A stretch of DNA of 63,685 nt, counting the filler, from Hausera hauseri (Eukaryota), in NCBI GenBank assembly GCA_046269625.1. It is 12 parts of 12 records of this genome, joined end to end, with 100 filler letters (N's around TTAATTAATTAA, not from the genome) between each part and the next. Parts side by side here need not be neighbours in the genome. Positions count along the whole stretch, not along the records: positions 47,184 to 53,503 come from JBJURY010113654.1; positions 53,604 to 57,632 come from JBJURY010808087.1; positions 57,733 to 63,685 come from JBJURY010163754.1; 9 more parts are not named here. The stretch is one strand, 5' to 3'. Made by a program: the position numbers and the translations under genes. The notes below the pieces were generated by a model. It was not told the DNA's origin. It did not search any database and saw only the letters and a program-made list of their open reading frames with translations. This document shows, in pieces, positions 50,509 through 63,685 of the stretch (positions within the stretch are counted from its first letter, which is position 1; each line of letters starts with the position of its first letter).

Positions 50509-53500
50509 ATTTAAAACAAATTTTATGAATCTATAAATGATGTAATATACTGTTTATAAATTCGGATAAGAAATGCAAATATGTAAAATTAGAATTGCAA
50601 TATATCCAGTATCACATTTTATATAAATATACATTTATCTGTCATATATTTCTCTTATTCCTGCATAATTGACACAATCAAAGAATTTCTAAATAAATAC
50701 CCACAAATAAAAGAAAATACCATTATTTTGCTAATGCAGTAAATGTCAGTTGAATCTGTAAAATCTAGCCATATTTTTATAGGGTCTGAAATAATTACCA
50801 TGTGTAAATTGCATATAATGAGTACATTTCAAAGGAGTAAACTTATGAAATGTAATACCTTAGAACGATTGTTGTATTGTAAATCGTATAATTATCACTA
50901 ACGGTCCATGAACCAACCAATAATAGAAGTTTAGATTTATTCTGCAAGTCTTTCTATAAACCTTCCCAAACAAAAATACTTACATCTTATTCTCGCATAT
51001 TTACTTTTCTATCAGCATAGATCCTTATATATTTGTAGAAGATGGCTTCATTTTCTACGGAAATTTTCCTCCCGACTCATCCACGAGAACGTATAAATGT
51101 GTTAGTAAAGTACCATCCATGCTCGTAATTGGCATCACACAAGGAGGGATTTTTGAAAAAGAATCCTGAGTCACGGTTTTTGTTTTATGTCCAGGAAAAT
51201 TAAGTGTTGGACAGAAATGGCATTCCTATGCAAAACGACACATTGTTGGTGGTACAGGGGTTAATACACTTATTAGCCTTACATGGTACCTAACATATAA
51301 ATCCATACGAGCTCTCGTCTACCGATGATTTTATTGTCCATATTCTTTCGTTATTCCTTCGTTTGATAATGTCATTCTTGAGTGTCTCTGAAGGATTTCG
51401 TGAGTTGAAGGTAGACAGATATTCCCTGTTAGAATAACTTCATATCGTCGTCGCATGGGTCGTCCTCAGACCTTTAACTCATTTCAACAGTTTAGATATC
51501 CACACTGGCTGAAAAATGTATGGACTTGTAGATTCATTTGTTCTATCTATCACGAACCGTCTAACCAATACTGACCCGATGATTAATTATTTCTTCAAAG
51601 TCAGGTAAATTTTCAAGGTTTTCTAATGCGTCATATGTTGCCCACGATATCTTCTTACAATGGACTTCATTGTTTCTCATAATCATTGGTTTTGGAAATA
51701 TAGTTATTACTGCATGTTTCTCTAAGTAATCAATGTGGACATAATCAATGAACGACGGGAAATATCTTTATTTCAATCGAATACACGGCCTGGGTGATCG
51801 TATACGCCTGCTTATACTGATGGAATTTTCCTGTAAAGAAAACAAGCGTACAATGACAATGTATGGTGTCTATTTGATTCCAGCTAAGGGTACACATTCA
51901 ACCATCGAGTCTCGCTTGCATCACCTCAGATACATATGCTTTATAGAATAAAACCATCTACGACTTCTATTTAAATAAATAGACGTTTTAATAAATAGTA
52001 TGATGATGTTTGACAGGTATCACTAAATATAAAAAGAAAATCAACGTAACTATCGTAATCTCGCCGTTTTTATAAAATAAAAATTATTTACAATTTTTAT
52101 AGGCATTTTTATAAACAGACATCACTGAATTGAATAAATATATAAATAAAATCAATGCAACTATCGCAAATCTCTCCGTTCCATCCGAGTTAGTTAAGAT
52201 GTCGGGCGACTGAGAGTGATTACTCAAAATTTCTTTTCCTTGGTCTCCTATTTGAATATCTAGTCGTGAGGATCAACCAATCTCTCCCTCAATGAATATT
52301 TTCTCCCCAATATCAGTTAAACAACCAATTAAAAATAGGGCAAAACCTATAACATACCTTCCCATCTATCTCGGGCCCAAAATTGTATCTACCTCGAATG
52401 CCAGTCATAGCCAAATGTGGACGTCGCTTCCCTACAGATTATACATATGCATTATGACATTTTATTTATAGACCAGACGCACGTCACAGTGTCTTGTTTA
52501 CATTAAATCGATCGAATACGACGGAATACGACCGCACATCATATGTTCGGTAAACATGTTTGCGGTTTACACATGTACGCTGCAATTTATTTATGTGTTC
52601 AGACAAATCCGATTTACATTCGACAATTGCCACATCAATTTATAACGCATGCGTATCTCGTAGAACTCCATCATACTTCATAATAACTCCCAACATGATC
52701 GTGATTATCATGATACCACTACCATCGCTCCAACGGATCGTGACATAACTTTCTGATCCTTCCAGAGTACTTAATTCTCCGCAATCCAATTGAGATATAA
52801 ACTTCGAAATCGAATCGAAATTGCACGAACTTCCACAACGATGCTATCGAAACATGACTATAAATATTCACTCTATAAATATCAAGATTTTAACCACAAA
52901 TCGGATTTATTTATAATAAATATAATAAACAGTGCAACAACCCAAGACACTTGACAAGATCAACCATTTGTGTCTAAGGTAATCCGGCGTTACTATTGCC
53001 CCGTCATAAGCCCTGAGTCTCATTTACATATCTCTGGTTAATTTCTTCATCCAACTGATTGCTCATTCCTCAGGCATCTCCATTCATTGGGTCCTCTGAA
53101 AGATTCGGATTCAATCGCTCCGTCGCGCCTTGGGCATTCCCGTTACACGCATACTCATAATTTAATTTTTAAATATTTATTGTTAAATACAAATTATACA
53201 ATCGAAAACAAAACAAAATATGATCACGGGTAATCTGAAAGGATGCGTACCTGTTGCTCCTTCTGGTGAATTACTGTAATTGTCATTATTTCTTTCAGCC
53301 ATCGTCCTGATAATATAATAATAATTTCTGAAATTTACCACAAGATCTAACCTAATCTGTGGTCTGTCGAATAAAATTGAATAGATTCAAAGTTTCCAAA
53401 GTTTCGAGAGTTTCGTGTGTTTTTTGAGAGAGTTTTGCAAAGGTATTTATACTGGGTCGTTCGACACCATACCGTTTGTTTCCATTTTTAGAAATGGAAT

Positions 53501-54215
53501 TTTNNNNNNNNNNNNNNNNNNNNNNNNNNNNNNNNNNNNNNNNNNNNTTAATTAATTAANNNNNNNNNNNNNNNNNNNNNNNNNNNNNNNNNNNNNNNNN
53601 NNNGATTATAGAGCGACTAATTAAGGATTTAAAGAACTTGTGTCAAACCAATGTTTTTTGTTTTATCGTAAAAGCAGCCAACAGATGTGTTTTTGTAAAA
53701 ATACGAGATTAGTCACCTTTCTACAAAGTTTATAACATACTAGCAGAGCTACCCGTTCTAAGAACGGTTATTCGTTATGTCTGTACAGTAGTTATGCTTC
53801 TTCGACGTGTTTAAATATAAACTTTTCGATTAAGTACTTTAAAAAAAACATTTTCGCTAAATACTCTAAAATTGTTTCAAAAATGCTCAAAAGATGTACT
53901 AATGAGCTTAAAATCCATTCTTACATCTAAGAAATTAAACAAATTTTCATAAACAAGTCATTATTTTCAGTGTTTCAATCGGATTAATTCGACAAATCAA
54001 TGACAATTGAACTATCTTACTGTGTAAAATCCCCCGTAATATTTTGCCAACGAAAATTCATGGTGCTTAAACTCTTAATGGTTGGGGGTGCGTTAATGCA
54101 CCCAAAAATGTCCATAAATTTTGGTTCTATTTCTCGGCTTAACTTACAGGAGAACATAGTGAAACAGCACACGTATGATATCATAGAAAGTTACAAATAA
54201 CAGATACATACTATA

Positions 54216-55231
54216 TTACATGACCATAATAAATTGCCAGTATCTGCAGTGACCTCCTTTGTTCTTGATGACAGCTTTGATACAGTTAGGCATGGAATTT
54301 TTTAATCTTCGGCATTCATCAATGGACAGGTTCACCTCCCATACTTTACGAAGAATGCCCTGTAGATGGGTTAAGCTGAGTGTTTGTTGTGCTGCCACTT
54401 TGTACTTCATATTTTGCCATATTTTTATTGGGTTTAGGCCTGGGCTTTGCTCAGATAATTTGAGAACCTCGATATTTTTGTTAGCAAACCAGTTTTTAAC
54501 CACCTCTGCTGTGTGGTAAGGAGCACCATCTTGCTGGAAAATAATTGGCTGTAACACCTGCAAAATGATGAGGTAATTTTTTGCGTTCAGCGTTGTGTTT
54601 CTAGGAAGAAAGTGCATTGCTCCACACCAGCACCGCAGAATCTGGCCCAAACCATCACGCTTGGTGAATTTCTTATTGTAGGTTGAACGTATTTCATATC
54701 ATATCTTTTGTTTGCTGGTCGTGTAACATATCTAGAGAGCTTCCGGAACTGCTGGAACTTGCTTTCATTTAATAAGAGCACTCGACTCCACATCTCTTTG
54801 TTCCAGTTTTATATCTTCTACAGAATTCCAGCTCTACTTCCAGTTCTCTGATATCTGATGTTCTTCTGAGATATCAGAGACTTTTTTGCTAGTCGTCTGG
54901 CTTTCAAACGAAATTCATCATGCGGCCTACGTTGTATGATTCGTACTGATGGTGATGATGACATCTCAGCTAAAATTTGTTTCACTGCCCAATGTGAATG
55001 TGTTGCAGATATACGCTTGATCATAGTGTCGCTTCCAGTTGAGATAACTCTGTGACGTCATAAGCCCTTCGCGGGCTTCTAACTACCACGCTCTGGATAC
55101 TTTTTCAAAATTGATGACACCGCTTGTTTGAACATCTTCATTAACTTTGATATCTGTACTTGTATCATTCCACTATCAGCCATAACCATTATTTGTGCTT
55201 TTTTCAATCGAAACCTGAGAATTTCATGGCA
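54216..55231 (-). mobile_element. Tc1-family transposase pseudogene
   Basis: WSRVLLLNESKF, SVMVW, FQQDGAPYHTA, QSPGLNPI, SMPNCIKAVIKNKGG; HTH remnants upstream; frameshifted. Confidence 0.9.
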
Positions 55232-56975
55232 TGTTCAATTTCAAAATTATTTGCTATATTTTAAGCACATTTATTTTCTATAATCTGTAAGTAGAAATAA
55301 TTAAATCTATTAGTAACCTCCAATAACAATAATTTTGTAAACTAAACATGCAAATAATGAATGAACAACAGCATTTTTACATTTAATTACTGACTCCATG
55401 ACAACCTGATTATGAGCTGAAAAAATTCAATGTACTTTAGACGAAAGTTGTATATTCTTGTATCATCAAAAGTTCAGTTTTTAACTTGTACTTTTCGGAA
55501 CTATATTTGGACATTACAATTTTGGGTAGTGTTCAAGTAGTGAAATTATCCAATAAACTATTTTTTCCAATAAACGATTTGCATGAAAGTTTATGAAATG
55601 TATTGTTTATTAAACAATTTTACTTTTTTTAAATTATGTCATTTTAATTCAAATGTCATGACTCATGAGTATAATAGGTTTTGCGCAAAATTTCATCAGC
55701 CGAACTTTGTAAACAAAATTGATAAGACCTGTGCGGCGGATATATTGACAATTGGCGCCGCCGCACAGTCGCCAAAAAAAAGGAAAAAAGATTATCAATA
55801 ATAAATGACTGACGCTGATTATTAACAGTATAAATAGTCGTAGAAATTAGTAGATGAATGAATAAAAAGTTTGAGACTTATTTTGAAGAACTTATTGATC
55901 AAATGAGTGAGCATTTCTTTTTATATAATATTTTTATTGTAGTTACCAAAAGTGAATAATTATAAACACACTATCGGACAGTTGGGTCTACCGCAAATAG
56001 TAATAACCAAGGTTTTGTCCTAGTGGCATTACCTGCCAAAATTTGAAATAAACTTTTACGATAAAGGTTCTGCTCTGGTAGCACTACCTGCCAAATTCTG
56101 ATTCTCAATTTTGGATTTAGTTCATAAAGTTGAGTAGCCCCCACTGTCAGATTACGTTTAAAAACTTGAGTAAATAAAATTCCGTGATCTCAGGCTTTAT
56201 CCTTGTGATATTACCTGAAGACGGGTTGTCAAGTCGATTCCTGACGACTCACTAAAATCTTAGACCCCAAGTAATTTCGTAAATAATAAAGACGAGAAAT
56301 ATAATTTGTGTTTCGCACCCGCATTGCCTTCCGATATTAGTGATACGCAGATAGATTGATTCCCGATAATAATCTCGGTGATCCTTATATCCGATACAGT
56401 AGCTTTGATATTGAACTCACTCTAAGGCTAAGACTAGCCCGACCTTTCAGTCTGTTAAAAGCAAACTACAGAAGAATAAATAACGAGCCTAAAAATTAAC
56501 ATTATTGTCTTAAAAAGCAAGATAAATCATACTGTGTGAGCTATCTCTTCTATAGTACAACATGCGGAGAAAAGAGGAAAGTTAATTCGAAGGAGAATCC
56601 TACAAACCCCCAGTAACGCTTTTACTCACCAATTTTCTTACCAATGAGTTTTCAAGCGACCGCTTTGAACTATTATTCTTTTAAATCTTTTACTTGTATT
56701 TTTGTTTCACAAGCTTTCATATGACCAGAAATATTAGGTCCTTGTTTAACCCTTTGCCTTTTCTGCAACGGTTTTATTTGGTAATTTTCTTGTGAGCATA
56801 TTCGGACGGTACTTTAGAAAGCGGCAGTCATACGGAGCTCTTTCAGCCAGATTATACTAAAGTGACATCAGTTATGGCTTCCATTGTTCTTTGTAAGTGG
56901 GGCACTGCCAACCTTCCTGTGCTGCAATAACGTGTAATAACAGCGTCTTTATTAAATGGCAAACATGCTTTGGCA

Positions 56976-57180
56976 TCTCTTCAGCGTAGTGGTTAGTGCA
57001 CTTGCTTATCGATTATGTGGCTGTGGATTTAACTCCCAGCAATGGCCGGGTGAATTTTTTTTTCTATCAAAATGGCCCCAGATATCCACCAAACCTCAAA
57101 AATTGGGTACTGCAGAAATTCTCAAGAAAACTGAAGGTGGCCCAGCGTTGTGCTGACAACAAGACCCAATCACGTGCCAA
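56976..57180 (+). mobile_element. tRNA-derived SINE (degenerate)
   Basis: A-box-like AGCGTAGTGGTTAG, decayed B-box GGATTTAACTCCC, followed by CCACC..CCTC..AAATTGGGTAC, a core seen in many metazoan SINEs. Confidence 0.55.
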
Positions 57181-57732
57181 TGAGAAGAAAAAAATATAGC
57201 TCCACATCCACTTATACGACTTTATGCGTGAATAGGTTCCTTTATTTTTTACACACATTCATAAATCTAGTATGGAGTCTGAAATTTGTAACAGTCTTTT
57301 CTGTTGATTTGGTAATGCGCGCAATTTCTCTCGAGGTCTGGATGCTCTTTAATAAGAAGTTTCATTTAATCTGTCTCCCTGAAAAATTAAGGTGAAAATC
57401 AAGGGATTATTTTATTTATAAAGTTTGCATCAAATATTTATTTATATTAGCTTCTGGTCCAAAAAGCCTTATCGAATGCATGTCGATTTAAAGTTTGTTT
57501 GCACATTACAGTATTCCAGAGATATAATTTTTTTTGCTGCAGTTTGGGTGCTTGGTTTCTGTGTTCAGCTACTGAACGCCTCTGTGAACTGTGACATAAT
57601 TAGGATACACCAAGTGTTCCTGCTTTGGACTANNNNNNNNNNNNNNNNNNNNNNNNNNNNNNNNNNNNNNNNNNNNTTAATTAATTAANNNNNNNNNNNN
57701 NNNNNNNNNNNNNNNNNNNNNNNNNNNNNNNN

Positions 57733-57815
57733 GGACATGGGCAGAGAATCTTGGCTGACCGTGCATCAGGGCCAGTTATGGGTCGCCATCCACACAGCAC
57801 CTCCATCTCCACCGT
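57733..57815 (+). repeat. Second copy of the repeat at 22195-22420
   Basis: GACATGGGCAGAG...CCACACAGCACCTCCATCTCCA. Confidence 0.6.
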
Positions 57816-60474
57816 GATTTAAAAACACGGGATGTGTACCGCGGCAAGACAATCACATCGTTTAACTGAATTGGTTCGAATCCTCAGAATTTCTCTTTTC
57901 TGCTTATTGAGTTTTGTTTTTAATTATTTGGTGTTTTTTTCAGTCATTCCGGTGCCTATTTCACATGTGTTTGTATAAGAGAAAATGGCCTAATGTTTGT
58001 AATCACTCACCTGGGCATCACTAATGTAAACAGGCTTATTATAAATGACCCACGTGACAGTCTCGTGGCAGGCAGGGTGTGTCAGAGACCCTTCATAAGT
58101 GACATACTGATCCGTGTCGGGTAGCAGGCGGCGTAAGTTTAGATGTGGGATGTGTGTTCTTTCACCTGTGATAGTTACAAACGGATAGTGCTATTGTGAA
58201 ATGGGTATTTCGAAATGTGTGAAGAAAAGGATGAACGAATACACGAACTAATAATTTATAAATGACCGGTTACTAATGTCTCATGTTCATTCTCATGTGA
58301 TCCGCTAAATGAAAATATGGTCTCACAAGGGAACTATCATTGTAATGACCAATTTCTAACTGAAAATATTCATGCATGTAGATAATGTATTTAGAATTTT
58401 GTATCTACAATCAGAAAGTGCTAATGATGAAAATCTGGGGAATACGGAGACTAAAATTTTCACAGATTCACTATTTTAAATACTATATGTACAGAGTAAT
58501 TTGAATGCGCACATTTAGTCAGTATTAGAATATTTTTTGTATCAAAATTATTTTATGTATTTCATTAATAAATATCCTTTTAAGGTATATTTTATTAGAC
58601 ATTTTATGGAAAATACATTTTCCACCGATGGGTGGTATTTTAGTGATGCTTTAGTATTGTGAAGCATGTATGATAAGTTTAAAAGATTTAGAAATAGTTT
58701 GGATTTTCTCAACCTCAAACTTATGCTTACTTAAATCCGTATATATAGCTTGAAATTTCTCCTTCCAAACCAAAGAAAGTTAATTTATTCTTAGAGGCAG
58801 CCTGCAGGGTCTGCCTGTTGGTTAATTAAACTTAATGTGAGTATCGTTCAATAGGGACAGTGAATGTCCGTCCTTTACTTATGATTTTCTAAACCCGGTT
58901 CAGTCCATATATATCCAGTCCATAATATTTTAAACGGAGATATGCAAATTTATTGGAAACTATTCAACTGAATTCCCACCCCATGTGTACGTACATATGT
59001 GGTCTCAAAATTGATAAATGCATCAAATATGTGAATACGGATCAACAACCATAAATTTCAACTCTTTACTAAACGTCCAAATCTATTTAAAGTTTATTAA
59101 ATTATAATAATATACTTTAAAAAAACAGCACATGTATACTATAACAGTCAAAACAAAAATGTTGACACAGTGAGCCGCCAACTAGACATTATATAAGTAG
59201 TGGGAAGTGAGAACTCCACAGCACTTCTCTGATTGGTCAGTCGACCAGTAAGCGTTCCAACGCACTTCTCTGATTGGTCAGTTGACTGGTTTTCCCCATC
59301 TGATTAACTATTTCGAGCATTTCGGAAATTTTCGGACGACCCCCCCCCCGCCGTGGGAACAAGCTTTGGACATCGGGCCGACTCAAATCGGTAGAAGTCG
59401 ACGAGCTGAGCAAAATTTAATAGCCGTGCAGCTTACAAAAATGTAAGGCAGAGGCGCTAAAAGAGGAAGAAGCAAGACAGGAAATGCCCACGTGTAACGC
59501 GAAACATGTTGCTAGCACTGAGAAAATGTGTACAATGGGTAAATCAATGTTGGCAAATCCAATGGACACGGTTGCAACTTAATCAGACCCTGGGAACATG
59601 GAAAAATCGATGGGAAACTTTCAAACGGGGAAAATTTCCCCTTACACAAGTCAAACGGTGATGGAAATGGGTTGAGCACATAGCCCATCAGTAGTTGAGC
59701 ATTATATATTATAGCCGCCTCACGATCAGACGAAAGGATCCGGGTGAAAATGTCAACCGAACGAACAAACGAACCGAAAAAATGCATTGTTAAAAATCTA
59801 TGTCAAAATCATATAGTAGGGGAAAAAAGAGTTCTGGACCAACGTGGGGGGTTCCACCCATGCACCAATTCAACAATCACAAGCGGCTCGCATGCTGATT
59901 GGTCAATTTGACAACGGCGAGTTCAGTGATGCGGTCGGATTTCCTGTGTAGCAAAAGACAAAGCCGGGAAATGCAAAAGAAAAATACGAACTTTTTCCAG
60001 AAGCAAAATTTGAGCAGGGATGGATAGGAGAAAGTGTAGAATAGAGTATTGGTGGTTTAATGATGCAGGAAACATGGGGTTCGCATGTTTGGGAAAAGTG
60101 AGAAAGTCCGTCAAAGAGAGGAAAAGGTGGCGCCAATGGAAACACAGGTGAATTTCAATGGATCCATTGATGTTAGTGCCGGTAAATGAACGGTTTGTGA
60201 TTAAATCGACAACGGCGAGTTCAGTGGTGCAGTCGGTTTTGCGTGTCGCAGAAGCCAAAGCCGGGAAACGACGAGTTGATACGTGCAATGGCGAAGCGTG
60301 ACGTGAAACAAGTGTGCTTTACGCGCCAGACATGCCTGCATGCAAAACGAAATAATGAGTTGTGGCGTAGTGTGTGTGCGTGTAGCAAACGGACGTCGAA
60401 GTGATGACAATAATAACACATGTGTAGCAAAATACTGTATTTCGCTCAAAATGAACACAAAGTACAATCATTGT

Positions 60475-60850
60475 TCATCTAAGTGTCTGTAACGTTAGCC
60501 ACAGTAAGCAATAATGTCCACACAATACGGTCAGTGGATGTTGATAATGAGATCGATTGCATTTCACACGATATGACGATGGTGATTGTCTTTCAATTTG
60601 AGAAACTAACGATGACCGGTAGTAAAATCCGAGCGGATCGAATACTCTGACGACGTTGGTCGGATGGTGGACGTACACAACAATCCAATGTTCGCCCGGC
60701 AACGATGAAGTGTGTGTATTGACAATGAAACCGCCACCACCACCAGTTTGTCGTAAATCACGCGGCACACCATCCAGTGGAGGCTTGCCACGAAATTTTG
60801 CACCCAAAAACAGAATTCCATGGTGACTGAGCTCGGTGGAGCTAAATGTG
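60475..60850 (-). CDS. Adenain-like (C5) cysteine maturation protease of Polinton
   Basis: FIVNT..PGEHW, VFDPLG, YQ..CGHYC: catalytic H, D, Q and C all present. Open frame but no in-frame ATG at the 5' end. Confidence 0.85.
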
Positions 60851-60928
60851 AATTAAGTATAATAGTAATAGTAGTAGTAATAAATTACTTTATAGTACGA
60901 AGAAGAAGTGAGACACAGCGGATTTTAT

Positions 60929-62154
60929 TTATGCAATGACGGTTCCGTTTTTCGTTATTTCAACCTCGGCATGAAATACACCGTAAATGTATATCACGGT
61001 AGATTGCTCCAACGCTTTGGCAAAGTGAATCTACAGTCGCAGGTTTCCCTGCTGTGGTAGTTGAGTCTGTTCAACGTCATAGTCCGGAGCCAGGACAAAG
61101 GTGAAGAATGATAGGTGGATTTGAACAAATCCATCTATATGCCATTGTTGACATTTTTGTTCAGCAAGCCCATGTTGCGCACGATATATTGTATATATGT
61201 GCAAACATAATCGCCGGTCTCAAAATCCTGCTTGTATGTCTCAACGAAATCAACATTCTTACCCAAACTGATGTAATTCACATTGCTATGGGTATACGTT
61301 TCCGAATCGGTGGTATAACTGCCCGTTTGTTGAACAGTCGTTTGAAATGTGACGAGCACAAATTTCGGCAATCGCATGTCGCCAAACAGTGCATCTTTGT
61401 AAAACGTAGTTGAACCTTTGGATATGATGTAAAAGACGATTTCTGTGCGTTGTATTGTGTAAGAGGCATTTTGCGTTTCCAAGCCCAATCGATGTCCCAT
61501 AAGCACTGATGGTTCTACTTTTACTCGAAGTACGTATAATCGTGCCTCGGTAATTTTCAGTATAGGTTTGAGATTTGTAACTGGTTTTCAAACAAAAGAC
61601 ATTATCGCTTCGTTTGAGCCGAATTATAGCTTTAACACCGGGAAGTAGGTATTTTGGCTGATCGAAAAGTTCAAAGTACAGCGGTCCACACCTTGTCAGT
61701 GCTTTTGATTCTGCCACCCATGCATGACGGTTTGCTGCAGTGGCGTCATCCGATGGTTTTCGTCAAATGAGTCGTTTTCGTGTGTGCACTGTAATTTAGA
61801 GCCGTTTCAATGAGTGCTTTGATACTGTATAGGCTGGTGTTGCCTCCGATTTTGACTCTGTTTAGAGTCAGTGAAGCCTCCTGGAACAGTGTGAGGAAAA
61901 GGTAATTGGCCAGTGTGACAGTGTCTGTTGCAGCGAGAACCCTTGACGAATCCTTTTTATCAATGACTTTTACATGGAGTAGCGTATCGTTCAAATCCGA
62001 GTGTTCATTGTCCGATGCCATAATGTTGAATTGAATGTCAATGTTATGGTCCGTTGAAACTAACGGGGTAGATTTCTTCAAATGCTGCATTGTCAATAAC
62101 AACTTGTGGTGCGGCTTTGTCAAATATACACAATTCAGATTTTGCAGATGCCAT
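60929..62154 (-). pseudogene. Polinton double jelly-roll major capsid protein, frameshifted
   Basis: MASAKSELCIFD.., DLNDTLL, ALIETALNY, LFDQPKYLLPGV..IRLKRS, ARLYV.RVKV.PSV..GH..L, LPK.V.V, ending GVFHAEVEITKNGTVIA*; spread over several frames. Confidence 0.85.
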
Positions 62155-62169
62155 TTGTCTATCAATCAA

Positions 62170-62502
62170 TCAATGGAAAATCGTACGACGACGGCATTTG
62201 TTTACAGTTGATGAGCTCCATGATGCTCTACGACGTTTTCTCAAACCATTATCAACGAACTGCTTTTTGACTGATTCAACGACTCCCGGTGCAACGCTTT
62301 TTAATTGTAAAATCGATTTGTTTTCATATAGTACGTCCTGTTCTGTTTTTGCTTCCAAGGCTTCAATACGCTTCAGCACCGGAAATACTAAACGTGCCAA
62401 TGTACGCAACCATCCAGAGCCATGCAGTTTACCAACGAAATATGTCAGTTCACCGCCCTGCTGTGGTTTACTGTTAATGGAAACGATTTCGGAATCAGTC
62501 AT
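62170..62502 (-). CDS. Small basic Polinton virion/core protein (putative pX/pVI-like)
   Basis: Lies between penton and MCP; QQGG..YFVG..HGSGWLRTLARLVFPVLK amphipathic segment; basic C-terminus RKRRR..RRRTIF. Confidence 0.6.
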   Translation of the reverse strand: MTDSEIVSINSKPQQGGELTYFVGKLHGSGWLRTLARLVFPVLKRIEALEAKTEQDVLYENKSILQLKSVAPGVVESVKKQFVDNGLRKRRRASWSSSTVNKCRRRTIFH

Positions 62503-63559
62503 GTTGTTGTTGTTGTTGGATTCGACGGAAATGAAGAGTTAGACTGGTTGTGGTACGGTATGAAAATTCAATAAGGTAGCCCGCGTCACACAGGATATTC
62601 ACTTTAACATTGTTTATAGATGTAGATGCCACAGGTAGGTACATTGGATTATCGAGCTTGACAGCGACATTTTCGTCAGCAGTGTACTTGCTGCTTTTCG
62701 GACAAATTGCATGGAGTAGCGGTGCACGTACTCCACCGACCAAAATCGGTTGGGAGACGTTCACATAATTGTAAATTTGATTGAGACCAGTTTTTATTTT
62801 GGTTTAAGTGTTGCAACATGTGCCGCCGCCGCCGTCAATGCCTCAAACCATTGTTTTTCAAAACCCAATACCGTGGCCAAAGCTTTGTCCAATGAAATGT
62901 CAACAATATCCTCGCAAGGTCAAATTTATGTGCATCNNNNNNNNNNCATTTGATTCGAAAACTTAAAATATCGCCTTGTACTTTTGATTTGAGGAAAAGT
63001 TTTGACAGATATGTGCTACAGATTCGCAATAGACACTATCTCCAATCGATACGTATGAAGTTGACACACTTTCTGCTGTATTGGTAAATTTCACCGTTGT
63101 CTGGTTATATACAGGACCAACTACATATTCACTTTTAATATGTTGACCCTTGAACTCTGTATTTTTGAATCCAAATTTCTGCGTCATTTCAGAGGACTCA
63201 AAAGTAACAGCCATAAAATTTAAGTTTTGATCTAAAATAAAAAGACAGATTTTGCCGTGTGAACCGTAATTTGCTTCCGTCATGCAAATGGCCAATCCTG
63301 CAATTGTTGTTTTAATGTTGGTAAGTGTCAGAGGACAAGAATGTGTTTTGGTTTCAGTAACAGCCTTGTAATACGTTATTTTCATGCTACCTTTCAATGT
63401 CACCGTTGCGTAGGGGAAGTTAAATTCCGTCAGTGCAACCTACCATTGTCCAGCAGATGAATCCAAATGATTGTTCCAATCTACAACGTATTCACTATAG
63501 GAATTGTTCGGACGAGTCGTCCGACAACTGTTTCTCGGCAACACCATGTAAATACTCAT
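62495..63559 (-). pseudogene. Polinton minor capsid protein (penton)
   Basis: N-terminus MSIYMVLPRNS..PNNS.S.Y..W*VALTEFNFP; C-terminus QPILVGGVRAPLL..PMYLPV..I.F..LTLHFRR. One in-frame TAG, frameshifts and a 10-N gap. Confidence 0.8.
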
Positions 63560-63685
63560 GATCTCGATGATGATGGTAATGATGATAATGCAGTATGTTT
63601 ATCATTGACGTTGACGACGTCGAAAATGTAACGTCAAATGTGTCGTTGACCCAAACAGAAATTTTATGGGTTCCAAAAATTCATC

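Larger units (their letters stand above)
59196..63685 (-). mobile_element. Polinton/Maverick (polintovirus) end with virion morphogenesis module
   Basis: Candidate terminus AGTAGT at 59196, about 1.2 kb of non-coding terminal region, then protease, MCP, small core protein and penton, all on the minus strand. Confidence 0.85.

Noticed and set aside
50950-53300. Possible chromodomain (SWATYDALENL) and Cys-rich remnants on the minus strand
   Set aside because: Too short and degraded to assign.
53740-53770. ACTAGCAGAGCTACCCG plus small hairpin, resembling a Helitron-like end
   Set aside because: No matching other end identified.
56213-56260. CTGAAGA followed by a hairpin (hammerhead-like)
   Set aside because: Lacks the downstream GAAA core.
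57873-57883. Perfect B-box GGTTCGAATCC
   Set aside because: No A-box or cloverleaf; not a tRNA gene.

Overview
This is AT-rich animal (metazoan) genomic DNA, not prokaryotic. It consists of about 12 contigs joined by artificial 100-nt spacers (N44-TTAATTAATTAA-N44), so adjacency across gaps is not biological evidence. All family and gene calls are from motif recognition by eye; no database search was run. Host genes: the last exon of an FBXW7-like gene and the 3' part of NUP160 with ten 41-58-nt introns. Decayed host-gene copies: NFS1, a TDRD9/spindle-E chimera, and an adenylyl-cyclase/Na+/H+-exchanger mosaic. The rest is transposon debris: pogo, mariner, Tc1, two hAT types, a MITE, an RTE nested in an RNase H-bearing LINE, a tRNA-SINE, Ty3/gypsy elements, Polinton polB remnants, and one end of a Polinton/Maverick (terminus, protease, major capsid, small core protein, penton). 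The most striking signal is a Ty3/gypsy family in which a roughly 75-aa ubiquitin-like domain ending in di-Gly (IRGG|S, LLGG|S) sits in frame directly upstream of Gag, in two highly diverged copies. This suggests an LTR retrotransposon whose Gag may be released by a host deubiquitinase or UBL protease.
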